64,000 bases of DNA, taken from contig JAAOMT010000009.1 in NCBI GenBank assembly GCA_016748015.1, positions 1-64,000 of the forward strand, in the 5' to 3' direction. Both the position numbers and the translations under genes were made by a program. Of this stretch, positions 39,149 to 53,372 are shown piece after piece. How positions within the stretch are numbered: the first letter of the stretch is position 1; every line of letters begins with the position of its first letter. Below the pieces are notes generated by a model that had not been told where the DNA came from, ran no database searches, and saw nothing but the letters and a program-made list of their open reading frames with translations. Origin of the DNA: Geosiphon pyriformis uo1. Lineage: Eukaryota; Fungi; Glomeromycota.

Positions 39149-40284
39149 TTTCTCAAGTTTTATTAATGTGAAAATCAAAGATATTTAGTTATTTTAATTA
39201 CCTATTCAATATAAATGGATTTGGTTTATTGGTTTATAAAAAGAACAAAAGAAATTGTAATTATATTTAATGAAACTTTTGTATTTAATGATGATTATGA
39301 TTGGTTTTTTAATTTTAACTTGTTATTAATATTTTTATTATAATCGTGTATTTAACTTGAATTATAATTTTCAATTATATAAAAATAATTTTAAAATATT
39401 AATTTCTTTTTAAATAATTTATTATTATTAATAATATTGTCATTAATATTTTCATTTCTTAATTTAAGAGCAAAGTTATTAATAAACTTTTTCATTTGAA
39501 ATTTATTAAATATTTTATTAAAATAAATAAATAAATAAATAAAATTACAAAATTAATTTTATTGAAATAAAAACTGGCTAGCTTTTTTCTTAAAAGTTTA
39601 AAGCATTTCAGATTGAAATCTTAAATCTTTAACTTTTTATATTAAAAAAAATTGGAAAAGATTTTTGTGATCTATTATCTTTATTTTAAAATATATAAAA
39701 AGCAAAAATATTATATTGAAAATTTTTTAATATAATAATACTAATTAAATAATAAAAATAAAAATAAAAATAAAAATACTTATGAGTTCTAAAATATAAA
39801 TTATTGCTATTAATTTAAAAGTTAAAATTATAGAAAAATTTTAGTTATCATAAAAAAATTAATAAAAGAAATTAGTTTCAAAATAAATTCATCTCTAAAA
39901 ATTACAAAAAAAAAAGATTGTAATTGTTAAAATTAAAATAATAATATAAATAACTTTATGCTGCGATTAACAAGTCCCAAAGTTAAATTGTACATTTTTT
40001 CAAAAGCAATTTTATTTATTTCTATTTATTATATACAATAAAAGAAGTCAAATAATTGTGAATGAAATTAATTATATTTTAGTCAATTGATTAGATTAAT
40101 CAATCAACCTTTTGTTAAAAATAGAATTAAGGCTGAGTATAAACCATTAGCTAAGTAACAAAATACACTAATACATAAAAGATAATATAAAAACTTTTTT
40201 ATATCAAAAAGTCTCTTGATTATCATTCTAAAAATTGTTATTTGTTTCAAATTTATTATGTTTATCCACCATTAAAGTTATCTG

Positions 40285-40679
40285 CTAAAAATAGTGTATA
40301 AAATTACCTAACATTATTTTTTCATAATCAGTGAAATCTCCTTCTTCCTCATTGATACACGTCTTAGTGTCCCTTAGTTTGCGAGATTTGCACATCCAGT
40401 GAGCTCTACTGTCAGGATAATCATGACCTATTTCGTTAGGATTTCTCATCATTCTTCCGTTCCAATTTCTCCATACTATAAAACCGTCTGCTGCTATTGG
40501 AATACCTAGCAACTTAATAGCTGATGTTGTATTCATCCTTACAAGAATATGAATGTTATAATTACTTTTGCTTCTTTCTTGTTGATTAGTGATATAATCA
40601 AAGGAAGTCTCAAAAAACTTTTTCAATAATTGCTAGCAGTTAATATGATTTTGCCCTCCCTAACCCCTTTTTGATACAT
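40285..40679 (-). pseudogene. Isolated coding-like fragment of unidentified family
   Basis: Coding-like peptide (KLLGIPIAADGFIVWRNWNGRMMRNPNEIGHDYPDSRAHWMCK) in an AT-rich tract, with an in-frame stop shortly after the upstream ATG. No complete gene model found. Confidence 0.35.
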
Positions 40680-41798
40680 TATTACCCATAATAGTTTTTA
40701 AGCAAAAAAAAATCATTAACCAACAAAACCTTAAACAAAAAAGATTAAGATTTAGCAACCTACTTTTATTTTTCGTAAGGAGAATATGACTTATAAACTT
40801 ATTAATAATTCTTTTAAAACCAAGAAGTTGAAGAAAGAAGACTTAATAAAGAATAGCATGTATATAAATGCAAAAAAAGTTTCATAAAAGATGACGCAAT
40901 ATATCAATCAATATGGTTGAGTGATTAATTTTAATATCATTCTATTATCAATTAATAAAAATAACCTCCTTTTTTATTTAAAGATAATTTAAGTGATAAA
41001 TTAATTTTTGATTTGTTGGATGATTCTATTATGAGATTCTAGTCTAATAATTAAAAAATTAAAATTTTCGCAAATTCATATTTTTATTATGCAAAACTTT
41101 GTGAAATATATTTTGTATTCGAATGTTAAATGTTTCGGTATTGATCTTTTTTTGCAAAAAGAAATAAATTTAAATAAATAACTGAAAAAAAATCAATAAA
41201 CTTAGCATACTTAAGCAAATTATATTTTACCAAATGCTGACCAATAGTATCTATATTAAATAGATTGATTTATTTTAATAAATAAAATAGTTCCAAAAAA
41301 CAGTCTAAACCATTTCTCAATCAATTTTGCTCTGCTGAAGTAACCAAATCGAGTCCGAAAAAACTTTTTCCCAGTTGGTTAACAAGCCATTTTAGACTAA
41401 TCTGTTGCTTTGATTGATAATCACTATTAATTTAGCTTAGATTTCTTCTAAAAAAGGGAATGGTTGCCTTTGTTTCGTATCTGAAATAATCTTTTGCTTT
41501 TAATACTTTTTATGGAATGTACTTAAGAGTCTTTGTCCACAATAAAAATTAGTGTTCTACACCATGCTGAATTAAATCAAGCATAAAAATTTTAGGCTAT
41601 TGTATACTTCTCAGGTATCCGAAAAAATTGGCCCATTCTGAGTTGTCTATTATTAAAGTAAAAAAAAAGTACACATGAATATAATACAAACCTTTTTCCC
41701 CGCTATCAATTGATGATATACCCCACGGATTTCTAAGGCAAAATTCTGACCCAATGATAATCTATCTCATGCCCATTTTTATTCATATCAAAAAGAGT

Positions 41799-43870
41799 TT
41801 ATTGGGCCTTTCTCTTTTTTTTTTCTAGAACTCTGACACACACCATATTTCGTAAAAGTTTTTTGAATCTACTCGATTTTTTGTGCTTATTTCTCTTCGA
41901 TTGCGATTTTGGACTTTCTACTGGGCCTTTTTCTTCTACCTGAAATGTTGTAGCATCACTTTGTTCTTCATTTTCTTGCGTTGAGTAATTTGAAAACCTT
42001 TGTTCAAGAAGAAAAGGTGATATTTAGAAACTAAAAACTATTTACTTCACAATTATTGCAATTAATATGTTATTACCGATTATTATTTACACCTGAATCC
42101 GGCGATGCTGGAATCTGTGTACTTGATGTGGAAAGCTCATCATTGATCTGATTAATACTAATATTAGTTTGGGAATAGATGGAAGAGCCCGTAAGCGATT
42201 TCTGTGAAGTTTGTAAATCGTAAATTGGGCTCAGAAATTTGTTTTTAGAAGAAAGTAATTATCAGGTAGGACATCAATCAATAAAAATTAAGTACGTTGT
42301 CAATTTTCTCTTCCACTTCCTCAAGATCTTCGATAGTCTTGACTGAAAGAATTGATCGAGTTTTCTCCAGATTCAATTCATTGTCATTATTCTCAATTTT
42401 GATATCGCTTTCTAATTCTGGTAAAATTATATTTATCAGCTAATGTTGCATTGAAGAGCTATCATATTTCTTACCATTCACTTTCTCATTTTCAAGTTGC
42501 TGTTTCTCTTCCTCCTCGTTGTCGGTTTCTTTCACTACAGGGGTCAGCATCATATCTTCAAGCCGCTCACATATATTACCAATATCTGGTCGCTTCTCAG
42601 CTTTTTCGTTCCAAATCTCAGTAAAGATTCTCGCGAACTCCACAGGTGTACCCGAAACTGGATTCTCTCGTTTTCCATTGATAATCGCGATCGCAAGACT
42701 AATGTCATACGGGATTGTGGAAAAAGGTTGACGCTCACTCGATATTACCCACATCAACATTGCAAAACTGTAAATGTCTGATTGTTCGTTAAGTTTTATT
42801 TTAGGATCTTGCAAAACCTGTGGATCGATAAATGGGATGAATTCTTGCATGATATCGTAAGATAAGGAATGACCACTAAACGTGAACGATAGCGGATCGC
42901 CTATTAATGCTTTTCCTTCATTAATAAAAATGCTTGATGGATGCTAAAAATGAAAATTTAAATGTTGATTTTTGTTTTTATATAAGGAATTGAGTGAAGA
43001 CCGTGAATTCTAAAGGTTTTTACCAGATTTCGATGTGCGATTCCAGAATTGTGCAAGTAGGCTAAAGCATTAGCGATGCCTTTGGTTATACGTAATTTCG
43101 CGACCCACGACAATTCTTTTGCGCTTCTCTCCAAATATTCATGCAGAGTGCCGCCATCTACATGTTGCAATACTAAAAGATACTCGCGTGACTCCGCATC
43201 TAAAGATCGAACAATTATGTCATGCCGACTTTTATGGGCAAAAAAACTTTGAAACTTTTTTTAAAAGAATCTCACCTTGGGATAAACACAAAAATTGAAC
43301 AATATTTTCGTGATTGCTTAATTTTTTGAGTGCCAATAACTGAATATAGAAGCCACAAGAAAATCAATGATTCCATTTTCAAAAAAAAACCCTAATAGTA
43401 ACTCAACTCACATCCTCCAAGAGCTGTTCCTTTTTCTTCGCATCCTTTTGAATTTCACCATCTAACGGAACATCCTTATCAAACTCTGGAAAAATCTTCA
43501 AGGCAACGAGCTGAGACTTTAAACTCCATGAGGCAGTTCTCAACGTACTCTTAGATCCATCGGCACGTATCACGTCAGAAATTTCCTCAAACTGGTGAAA
43601 CGGGGTCAATCTCAAATGAAACTCTCTTCTTAAAAATATCACAGCCCAATAATGTTGTGTTGTATTTGTGGTCTGAGCAACACTATGTCGTCTAGATAAA
43701 TATGTTCTGTAGTCACTACTAAAACTGCTCGATGAATTGTTTGAACTCGCCAAACTTAGGCTTCGTGATAGATGTGTCTCAAAGTTTGATGCTTTACCAG
43801 GCATGGTGATGTCTTTATTTAAAGGTATTCCCACAAGAGTGGCTGAAGTTATTGAGGTTCTGGTCGACAT
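41799..43870 (-). CDS. TKL-type protein-kinase-like protein, probable pseudokinase, multi-exon
   Basis: Exons 43870-43412, 43339-43276, 43199-43024 and 42943-42475, then less certain 3' exons to a stop at 41799. Motifs: VALK, HENIVQF, GGTL.EYL, HRNLHPSSI, IGDPL, IPFIDPQ, SDIYSF, W...AEKRP. Confidence 0.85.
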
Positions 43871-44904
43871 TTTTTAATGTATGAATTGAGAAATGATACT
43901 ATAGAGCAATTAAAGTGAGTAAGAGATAATGCCGTTGAAGTATTTATAACAGATAGCTGACAACCTATTTTTCTAGTCGAAAGTGGTTCCCATTTATTCC
44001 CTATCTTTCTGCAAGCCCCCAGTTATCTACGATTATAGAAACACTAAAACGAAATGAATTAATATTATGTTCTTGACAAGCTTTCTGTTTGGTAAACAAA
44101 CTAAATTCAAGAAGGGTTGTTGTCTAGGTGAAGTCGCTTCGAGAATAACAGATAATTGATAACAAAAAACAAATCTAACCCCTAAATAATACTATCAAGG
44201 CGACGAATGGCTTAGCAATAGCCTTTATAAGTGTCTCTATGGCAAAAAATGCAATGATTGCCAAATGATGAGCTTAAAAGAAGTGTAGGTTGCGATTTCG
44301 CAAAAATTTTAAGCGAAATAATGCATGCAAACTTAGTCATGCCTATCTTTCTTCCTTTACTTTGTCTTACCAGATTTAAATAGTAGCCTTGTTAAGAAAC
44401 TTCATTTTATAGTTCATAAAATTTGTTTTAAGGATTATTTGATTTTCCCTATTCGTTTATCCTTACCGAGAAACCATATTTCTTTAACAAAGAGAAATAG
44501 ACGTTTAGGAAGCAAAAGAATAGAAGAAAATGACAATTTCAACAAATAGTGATAATAGATTTTAAGACCATAAGAACGGAAAGCCTGATAAATTTTTTGT
44601 TTTTTGCTCTTTAAAGCTTGAGAATTTAAATTACTTGGTTACCGCTGTGGATTTATTATTATACATATCGAGATTTTGCCCGAGGCGTATTTATAATTTT
44701 CGGAAGTAAGATTTCCATGTATAAAAAAGAGAATAAAATCAGGTGATTACAAGGAAACTTCTAACATTCAATTAAAGCAGCAGTTAAACAAATAAACAGG
44801 CAAACAAACAATACTATCTCAAAGGAAATAAAATAAGCGAAATTAAAGTTAATATGACATCTAATTTTCTTTTGGGCAACATGTTTGGCGAGATCCATGG
44901 CCGC

Positions 44905-46251
44905 TCATTCGATCAATTCCATAATATCCTCCATGTAATCGATCACTTCTAAGTGAGTTGTATCAGGAACTAAAGGAGGCTTTGCTGCGTCATCCAAGCT
45001 GAGATTCTGATGAAACAATTGCCTTGTATAAATATTCTTGTCAGAGATAAGTGAAATAGACTAAGGAATAAATTAGAAAAATAAGATTTTGTCTTTCTGT
45101 GTATTTTGAAGATTTTAAAAGAAACAAACCAGTTCATGAACTTTTCTAAGTAGATCAGACTCGAAGTCTTGGTTCGTTGCGATTACGAAGTTTCTGGGCG
45201 TTGGTGATGGAGAAGGTGGATCATCTTGCGCCAAATCTGGTGGCGGCCAGATAGAGGATGTTCGATGGGCATGAATACGTGAATTTACGGGCTCCTCTCT
45301 TTCGGATTTTCTGGGAGTCGATAATAGTGACTGAGCCATTGGAGATTCCGAAACCCATCTGTAAGGTTCTTTTTGGGCATGAAGTTCCTTTGGTAATGTA
45401 ACAAATGATGATTTCCAATTTGGTTGTTTTGAAAAAGCCCCAGTTGTTGACGATATGTCTGAGTTTTCATTTTTTATATTACTTTCACTTGGCTAAAAAA
45501 ATTTTGATTGATAATTAGTTAATCAAAGATTGGAGCATATTTAAATATTATTTCAAATTTTAAGATACACTATTTGAGTAAGTCTCAAATCCATTCTTTT
45601 TGACATTTCTCAAAGAGAAAGCCAAGCGTTTTCGCCAATCACCAGTTGGCGATATATCGCTTCGTCCTCTATGCAACCTCTTCGAACGGTGTCTTAAAGT
45701 AGAGAATGTCGCTCCGAGTTTTTTTTCGCTTGGCAACCCAAGCTTTGAGGACGCAGTAGTTTTGGCTTCGCCCTTTTCATTATTACGAGAATGGTCCAAT
45801 CTAGGGGATCGAAAAATCTTCGGCGAACGAAACACATTTTTCGAAGTCGTAATGTCCCTCGCCATCTCGACCATTTTTTGCTCATCGAGCCAAAATTCAG
45901 CACAAAAGTTCAAAACGTTCTATTCCTCGGCCAGGTTATGAACAATCAAAGAGATTGGATAAATACCTGCATTAGTGCATACTTTTCATTCAATCTACGA
46001 GATCTAGCTTTATTTGATTCCGAAGAATGTGAATATTTTCCTCGTTGACGAGGCGATGGGCCGAATTCAGAAATAGGGAGCGAAATCACCGAAGTATCCA
46101 TATCCCTAATTTCTTGCCCTTGATTAGGATAATTCATGCAAATAGAAGCACCTGAAAATTCCTCTTGCAAAGTTCGTGCACTTGATGTTAACGTAAAGCT
46201 AGAGAGCTATCGAATCTTCTAGTAATGATTTTGATAGATTTATTTTACCAT
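44905..46251 (-). CDS. Hypothetical S/P/R-rich multi-exon protein
   Basis: The ORF-track pieces (45946-46170, 45560-45913, 45115-45339) and a last exon 45060-44905 can be joined in frame through GT-AG introns. The start exon is uncertain. Confidence 0.55.
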
Positions 46252-46997
46252 TTTGAGCAGGCGTCATTGATTTGATGATCGTCTGCGAGACCCTGTGTTC
46301 AAATTAAATTTGGTCAAAAGACATGATTTTCAAAGGCTGAAAACACCATATTTGTTTTGTTACTTTGAAAAAGGGACATTTTGTAATTCTCGTTTCGGGG
46401 AGAATTCTTCGGGTGACATACTAAAGGAAGTAGAGATAAAAAAGAAAGGGAAGAACAAAAATTAAAGCTCATTTGCCTTATGAGAGATAATATCTCATTT
46501 AATATATCAGCCTAATGATTTTATTAGGTTCTAATTATCATTTTAGTGATATGATTCACGATCTTTAATTCGTTGCGAAAATCTCGATAAACGAACAGAC
46601 TTTTATCCCAAGGAACCTGAATAGCCATTCAAATTTCTGAATTAAATTTTACTCGATAAGATAGGAATATTCTTTTTTGAAATAATTTTAGTCCAAAGGG
46701 AATCTTTGGCTGTTAACTTTTTCAGAGCTCAAGACTATTTTAGAACGCATTAAGATTGGATGTTCAATTGTTTCGGAGAACAATGTAAAATTTTATGGAT
46801 AAATAAATTTCAAAGAGCCTTTATTAAATTCATTGTTGATCAAACCTGGTTTTACAAAATTTTATTTTTTTCAAAATTTAGAACTTGGCAAAAAATCAAA
46901 AAAAGGAATCAACTAGAAATATTACAATTGTTACCAACCAAAAACGACCACTAATTCGTTTACTAAAAAAGCCAAATTGCAATAAAGAAATTCACTA

Positions 46998-47237
46998 CTA
47001 GTTACGATCTCCACCAGCACCCGAGGTATTACCTCCGGAACCACCCTTGGCACCAGTGCCAGAAGCGTTTCTCGCCGCGGCGCTTTGAGCGCGAGCTGCG
47101 AAACTTCCTTTTGTTACACCGCCTCCACTTGACTTGGCTTGAGAAGATTGAATACGTCCGGCCGCACTTGAAGTCATTTGGGTTTTACTGCCACCACCAC
47201 CACCGCCACCACCACCACTTTTACCTCTGCCTGACAT
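46998..47237 (-). CDS. Small SMP (seed maturation protein)/LEA-like peptide
   Basis: MTSSAAGRIQSSQAK...KGSFAARAQSAAARN is the hallmark fungal SMP-type motif. GC-rich coding composition with Gly-rich termini. Confidence 0.85.
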   Translation of the reverse strand: MSGRGKSGGGGGGGGGSKTQMTSSAAGRIQSSQAKSSGGGVTKGSFAARAQSAAARNASGTGAKGGSGGNTSGAGGDRN

Positions 47238-49014
47238 TTTTGCTTAAAAAATGGGGAGACTTGTTATAAAAAAGTTGTAAGGGAATTTTACACGAAATAT
47301 TGAGCAAGACCAACCAAATTTTTAGTTTTGCTTTCAAAGTATAAGTGTTATAAAAAGGTTTAGGGAAATTTTGTTTTTTTAAACTACTAAACTTCTTTTT
47401 CAAGAGCAATACAATGTCATTATATAGTATTTGGCTATTTAAAAAAAAGATAGTCGCTTTCTTGGCATTCATCATACCCTGTTCATTTCATGATTAAATG
47501 TCGTAATCTGGGAAGTTTGTTAGAGGAAAGTCTCATGAGAATTTTCTCAACGTTGCAAACACAATATGATATATCGCCATCAATTTGATCTTTGATTGAT
47601 TTTTTGAGGGGTATCTGGAAATATGCAAGATTTTATTATAATTTTCCCTTTTTTAGAATTACATTAAAAAAATTTTACTTTCAATCTTGCTCTTAATTTT
47701 TAGAATTAACAGGCAAATTTTAAAGCTTAATTTGGAGATAATTGGCAGAGTTAATTGTATTATTTTTCCTACTTTCAGTGTATCAAAGGGCAAAGCTTCA
47801 TGAAAAAACGAATTATCATTGAACTGCCTCTATTTCAAATAACAAATAGTTTCGTTGACAAAAAGGTATCTCAAAATAGTTGCTTAAAATTTCGGATATT
47901 AAAGAGCATGTCAACTAAAACTGAAAATCTGTAATGTATCAAACTTTTGTCCCACCATTCTTACGGTGTGGGTTTTTCTGATCCCCATATTTGGAGGGAA
48001 GCATGCAGGAAAGAGCGGGTAAACATGAGGTTTTCATACTATAATGTGTGTCATTATTTCTTAGCTTAATTAAGTTTTTTAGATGCATTAATTTTTCACG
48101 GGAAAGCCAACCTCAAAGGGAAATAAACAATTTAAATATCAAATCATTTTTTTTTCAAAAATCTAGACTAGTGAATCCTTGAAAAAAGCAAAATTCAAAA
48201 TTGACCTTATCCAAATGAATTGGCCAGGATTAGTATTAAAAAAAATGTCTTGAAACTTTCTTCCACTCTCTCGTGATCCTTATTATGGAGAGATTTACAA
48301 GAAATTAAAATCAACAAGTTGCCCTTTGAATTCACCGTTTATTTGGGATTTCTTGTTTATTTGTTTAAGGATATTTTATGGTTCGAGATTTAATGGTATT
48401 CTATTATAAGTAAAGAGCATCATCTTTTGAAATGATGATAAAAAATAATGATTTTAAAAGAATGGATAATTCAAACAAGGATACTTTGACCTCTTAATGA
48501 TTACACGACCACTTTAAACCTCTTCTGAATCGATAATTCAAATCCTTCATTCAAAACACTCTTTCATCTAATTTTTTATTGGGATTTTGATAAACATTTT
48601 ACCTTGTTCGTCAACAAAATTTAGTTTAAGATCTCACAGATTTCTAAATCGCCTCGTACACTGCAAATAAAAATTTTCAGAGGAAAACAATTACATCATT
48701 GTCAAAGTAAAAGCCAAAACATTAACTAAACAAAAGTGTATTTCATCAAACAAGAAAATATATTTTTTATGATTGGCGTTTCTTTTTCTGATTCATTTAG
48801 ATGTTTCCAAATAAGGGGTAAATTAAAACTGTGGAAGAATCAAAAAATAGGGCTTTGTTTGAAATTTTATTTCAAAAAGAAAACAAAATTTCATTTACAT
48901 GAGTAAAAGTGTCACATTATTCGAAGACAAAATTTTAATATTTGGTAATCGGTTCACTGGGGCGAAAAACAGATGCCCGATTTGTAATCGTTATTTTTTA
49001 CTTTTGAGGATTAT

Positions 49015-49962
49015 TTATTTTTGGTTAAAACCAGACTTTTGGGCATCGTTAATGGCAAAATCTGCTAACATGTGTAATGCATTTGGGAATTCATCGTTGG
49101 AAGAAGTCTTTGGTCGGTTATCGAAGAATTGTTCAGGAAAAGATGACAGAATTTTGACGGGGACTATTTTTCGTATCGTGAAGTAAGGATAAAAGAAAGG
49201 AAAATTTCGAGCAGATCGGTCGACTTGTGGTTTAACAAGGTGAAAAGCCGAATCTTTGGATGGCAAAAGTGGCCGAAAAGATGAAAGAAGTTGTGAATTA
49301 TCCCTTGAGGGATCCTTAACTTGTGCTAAAGTTTTTGCCTCGTAGTTCACGAGTTCTTGTTTTATAGGTTCTTGGACCTTCTGCGAATGTTCATCATTCA
49401 GTTTAAAATGGCCATTGTCAGGAGTCCAAACGTGTGGCATTGATGCAGAAAGTTCCCACGGTTGGGCTTCTTTGTCTGGGCCCATATGTGAGCGTGGTAT
49501 AGTTTTCTTATTTGTTGGCTTATATTGATAATCAGGAAATACATCGTTATGAATAAGATTCCCAATAGCTGCGAGCAAAGTGAAAAAATTTCGTTTTTCT
49601 TGAGTTTCTTTTTCCCATTTCACTGATGTTATTCTAGAGATTTCGATGAAAGGTGTGTCTGGGTGGGCGGCTAAAATCTCTGCCTGAACTTCTTTACGAT
49701 AAATCACATAATCATTTTGTGGACGTTGTACCGTTTTCTTTGTACGAGTTTTTTTGCATGGAGCCAATAGTTCTTCGAGTGAAAGAAAAAGCGCAGGAAC
49801 AGTTATCCCTTTATCGATAATTTCACTTTGGATGCGAGCAGCGGTAAATTCTTTCCACGGTTTTTCCCATTTCTTAGTTCTCCCGGAGTAAAAACGAGTA
49901 CCAATATTTTTGAATTTTTTACCAGTTTCTTTTGGTATGGTACGTTGAGTCTTTGGAATCAT
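49015..49962 (-). CDS. MATA-type HMG-box transcription factor
   Basis: RPQNDYVIYRK...EISRITSVKWEKETQEKRNFF...H...FPDYQYKP is a canonical MATA_HMG box, including the C-terminal PDYxYxP. Confidence 0.92.
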   Translation of the reverse strand: MIPKTQRTIPKETGKKFKNIGTRFYSGRTKKWEKPWKEFTAARIQSEIIDKGITVPALFLSLEELLAPCKKTRTKKTVQRPQNDYVIYRKEVQAEILAAHPDTPFIEISRITSVKWEKETQEKRNFFTLLAAIGNLIHNDVFPDYQYKPTNKKTIPRSHMGPDKEAQPWELSASMPHVWTPDNGHFKLNDEHSQKVQEPIKQELVNYEAKTLAQVKDPSRDNSQLLSSFRPLLPSKDSAFHLVKPQVDRSARNFPFFYPYFTIRKIVPVKILSSFPEQFFDNRPKTSSNDEFPNALHMLADFAINDAQKSGFNQK

Positions 49963-51614
49963 TTTGAAAAGGTTAACTGGAGATTTAGCCTTAGTGAAAT
50001 AATAATAAAGGTCAAAAGATGTGAGTATAAAGTTTTAAGAAAAGAAGGCAGTGAAAATCATTCCCCCCAGCGTTCGCTCCTTTTTAAATATTACAATGAT
50101 GATGGCATATGTTATTGATAATAACGGTCAGTGTGTACAAATACGGTGATTGCATCAAATGTTTCGGTAGGCAATCATCTTAATTCAGGTAGAATGGAGC
50201 CAGGATGATATTCCACAATTCCCATATAGAGCGATAAAGGCACAATTAATCAACTAGTTTATTTGAGGCTGAACAAAGCTGTGATTAGATACAAACAATA
50301 TGCCACTTTCTCACTTTTACGTTTCCTAATCGGATCATGGGTCAAAAAGAAAAATGAATTCTACTTTTTTAATAAAATCATGTTTATTAATTCTAAAATC
50401 TTTGAATTTACTCTCCCTATTTAAGTGTCTAACTTTTGAATTCCCCAAAGCATATTTCCGAGGTACAGATGAATATGCTTATATAATCGATCAATGGTTG
50501 TCGTATGGCAAAGAGATAGTTCATTTCAAATATTATAAATAATATATAAATATATATTACTAGTCAACTAACTTTTTGTAGGTTATTTTTTGAATAATTT
50601 GAATTGATCGGGAAACAAATTTTTATAGGAGAAAGAGTTAGGGCAGTCGGTAAAACCTTCCAAAATCTATAAACAGACGAGTATTAGAAAAACTGGCTCA
50701 ACTCTTTAATCACCCTTCTTTTTCTTTTAAATCCATTATCTTACCAAGTCTGCGACCTATGCTGAAATCCCACCAAGTTTTGTTCTAAAATTTATTCTAA
50801 CTCTGGAACCTTCTCTTATGTTTCGTTGCATTCAATTCTATATATATAATAACTTTATGAAATAATCTTCTTGCTGTATCGGGTTGGTCGCTCCCTTTTT
50901 TTTTCCAATCAGAATATTCTAACAAAAGAGTAAAAAGTTCCCGATTGAAAATTATGATTTTTAAAGATGTTTAAACCGCAAATATAAGTTTTGGGCGTTT
51001 GATGAGGTAATTAAACATCATAATTAGACTAACTCACTCCATATAATTATATCCACTGTTGTCACCATAAAAGGTGTAAAGAGACGTTGATACTTGTCAC
51101 ATAATTATTTGGTTAAATCAAGTCCCAATAGGAAAAATGAAAAGCTCTCGCGATGAGATTTTCCCTTAAAAACGAAATATGTCATGATCACACTGAAAAA
51201 TTATTATCCCTGAAAATAGAAATTTTTCGTTAAAGTATATTGATTTTGTGAATACTTTTCAGTTTTCAATATTTTCTTTCTATTGCTCTGTAACTGGTTC
51301 AAAATATTATGTTTGAATAAATTAAAATAAATGAAATAATACAGAAAAAGAATATTTTATAAATATAAATATAAATTTATACATTTCAATAAATAACATT
51401 TTGATGAAAATAATTTTGGACAGAAAAAAATTCATAAATATGAATCAAGATTAAAATAAATAAAATTTTGAATTAAGTTTTATTTATTTATTTATTTACT
51501 TTAATAAAAAATTATTATTTAAAGTTTTAGATTTTTAATTTATAATTAATTTTTTTAAAGATTTTTTTTCATAATAAATTATTTCTAACTATTTTTTAGT
51601 TTATATTACAAAAT

Positions 51615-51775
<161 letters not shown>

Positions 51776-52315
51776 AGATGAATATAAAAATATTTTTTTA
51801 TGTGAAAACATAATTTATAAAGTATCAAAAATTGATATATACATATAAATATATAAAGAATTACTTACTGTAATATTTTTAAATAAGTTAAAATTTTAAA
51901 AGTTAAAACAGCTGCTTTCTAAATTATAATTTGATGATTATATATGAGTTTTACGTTAAATTTATAAATTTAATGATAACTTTATTCGAGAGAGTAATAA
52001 TTTCTGATTTCTAATTTCTAAATGATGCTTAATCACCAATCTCGGTTAAAAAACCAAAATTACAAATCAAGTTTTAATAATAATAATTGTCAGGAATTAT
52101 AAATCCTCCGCTGAGAAATTGTCCTCAAAAAGGAATAGATTTGTAATACAAGGATTTAACGATTACCAATGCAGAACCGTATTCAACACTAATCGTTCAA
52201 GTATAAAAATATCAGTTCGAAGACAAGCTTTCGATTCTCCTTATTATAATAAATTAAAGTCTTGGGTTTTAATTCGCTAAATGATTTAAAAGGCTATTAG
52301 ATTGAACTTGATTTA

Positions 52316-53372
52316 ATGCAATATTTTCCTTCTAAAAGTTCCCTGAATTTATTAAGTACTCTAATAAAAAACTATAATCCAATCGTAACCCAAAAAACTT
52401 TTTTTTCTTTCAAGAATATTCGAATCTCTTCATTTCTTTATAGCAAATTTTTAACTTCTATCTCAACACAAAATTTCACAAGAATGTCCCCAAAACTTAT
52501 TCCACGTCGTTCCGAGGATCGCGGTTACGCAAATCATGGATGGTTAGATACTCATCATACATTTTCGTTCGCCAACTATTATCATCCCGATTTCCAGGGA
52601 TTTGGATCATTAAGAGTGATCAATGAAGATATTGTGGCACCGAGCGAAGGATTTGGGACACATTCGCATCGTGAATTTGAGATTTTTTCTTACATTATTT
52701 CTGGAGAGTTAGAACATCGTGATTGTAAGTTTTTTTTAGAAGAATATTTTAAAGGAAACTGATGAGTATTAAAAAAAACCTAGATTATTAATATATTCCG
52801 ATACTTTCTTATTTTATATTTATATATATATATAACTTTTAGCAATGGGAAATATAGAGATTCTAAAGCGTGGCGATGTTCAATTTACATCTGCCGGTAC
52901 AGGAATTTCTCATTCGGAATACAACATACATAAAACGCTTCCAGTTCATTTTCTTCAAATTTGGGTAAAACCAGACACCTCTAACCTAAAACCAGAATAT
53001 CATACAAAATCATTTTCCGATAATCAAAAAACGAATTCTCTTACTCATTTGATTTCACCTACCTCTAACACTAGTTTAGTGAAAAAAGAAAATGATTCTA
53101 CTATTGGAATTCATTCTAATTTTCATATGTTTGCTAGCATTTTACAACCTGGTAAAATTGTTCAACATATCGTCCAAGGTGAAGAAGATGGAAGAACGAG
53201 AAAGTTATATATTCATGTGACAACTACAGGTGGACAAGTAAAAATTAATGGAAGCGAGACATTGAAAGAGGGTGACGGGATATTTATTACCGACCTAAAA
53301 CCTAGAGAAGAAGTCTTAATTGAAAGCACCGGGGAAAAGAATGCCGAATTTGTGCTATTTGATTTAGCTTAA
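52316..53372 (+). CDS. Pirin (YhhW/quercetinase-like bicupin), 2 exons, with possible mitochondrial presequence
   Basis: Exons 52316-52724 and 52843-53372 (RDS|MGN junction). Motifs RG...HGWL...HTFSFA.YY, LRVINED, GFGTHSHREFEI, AGTGISHSE, FLQIW and EFVLFDL. A second in-frame ATG lies at 52484. Confidence 0.95.
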
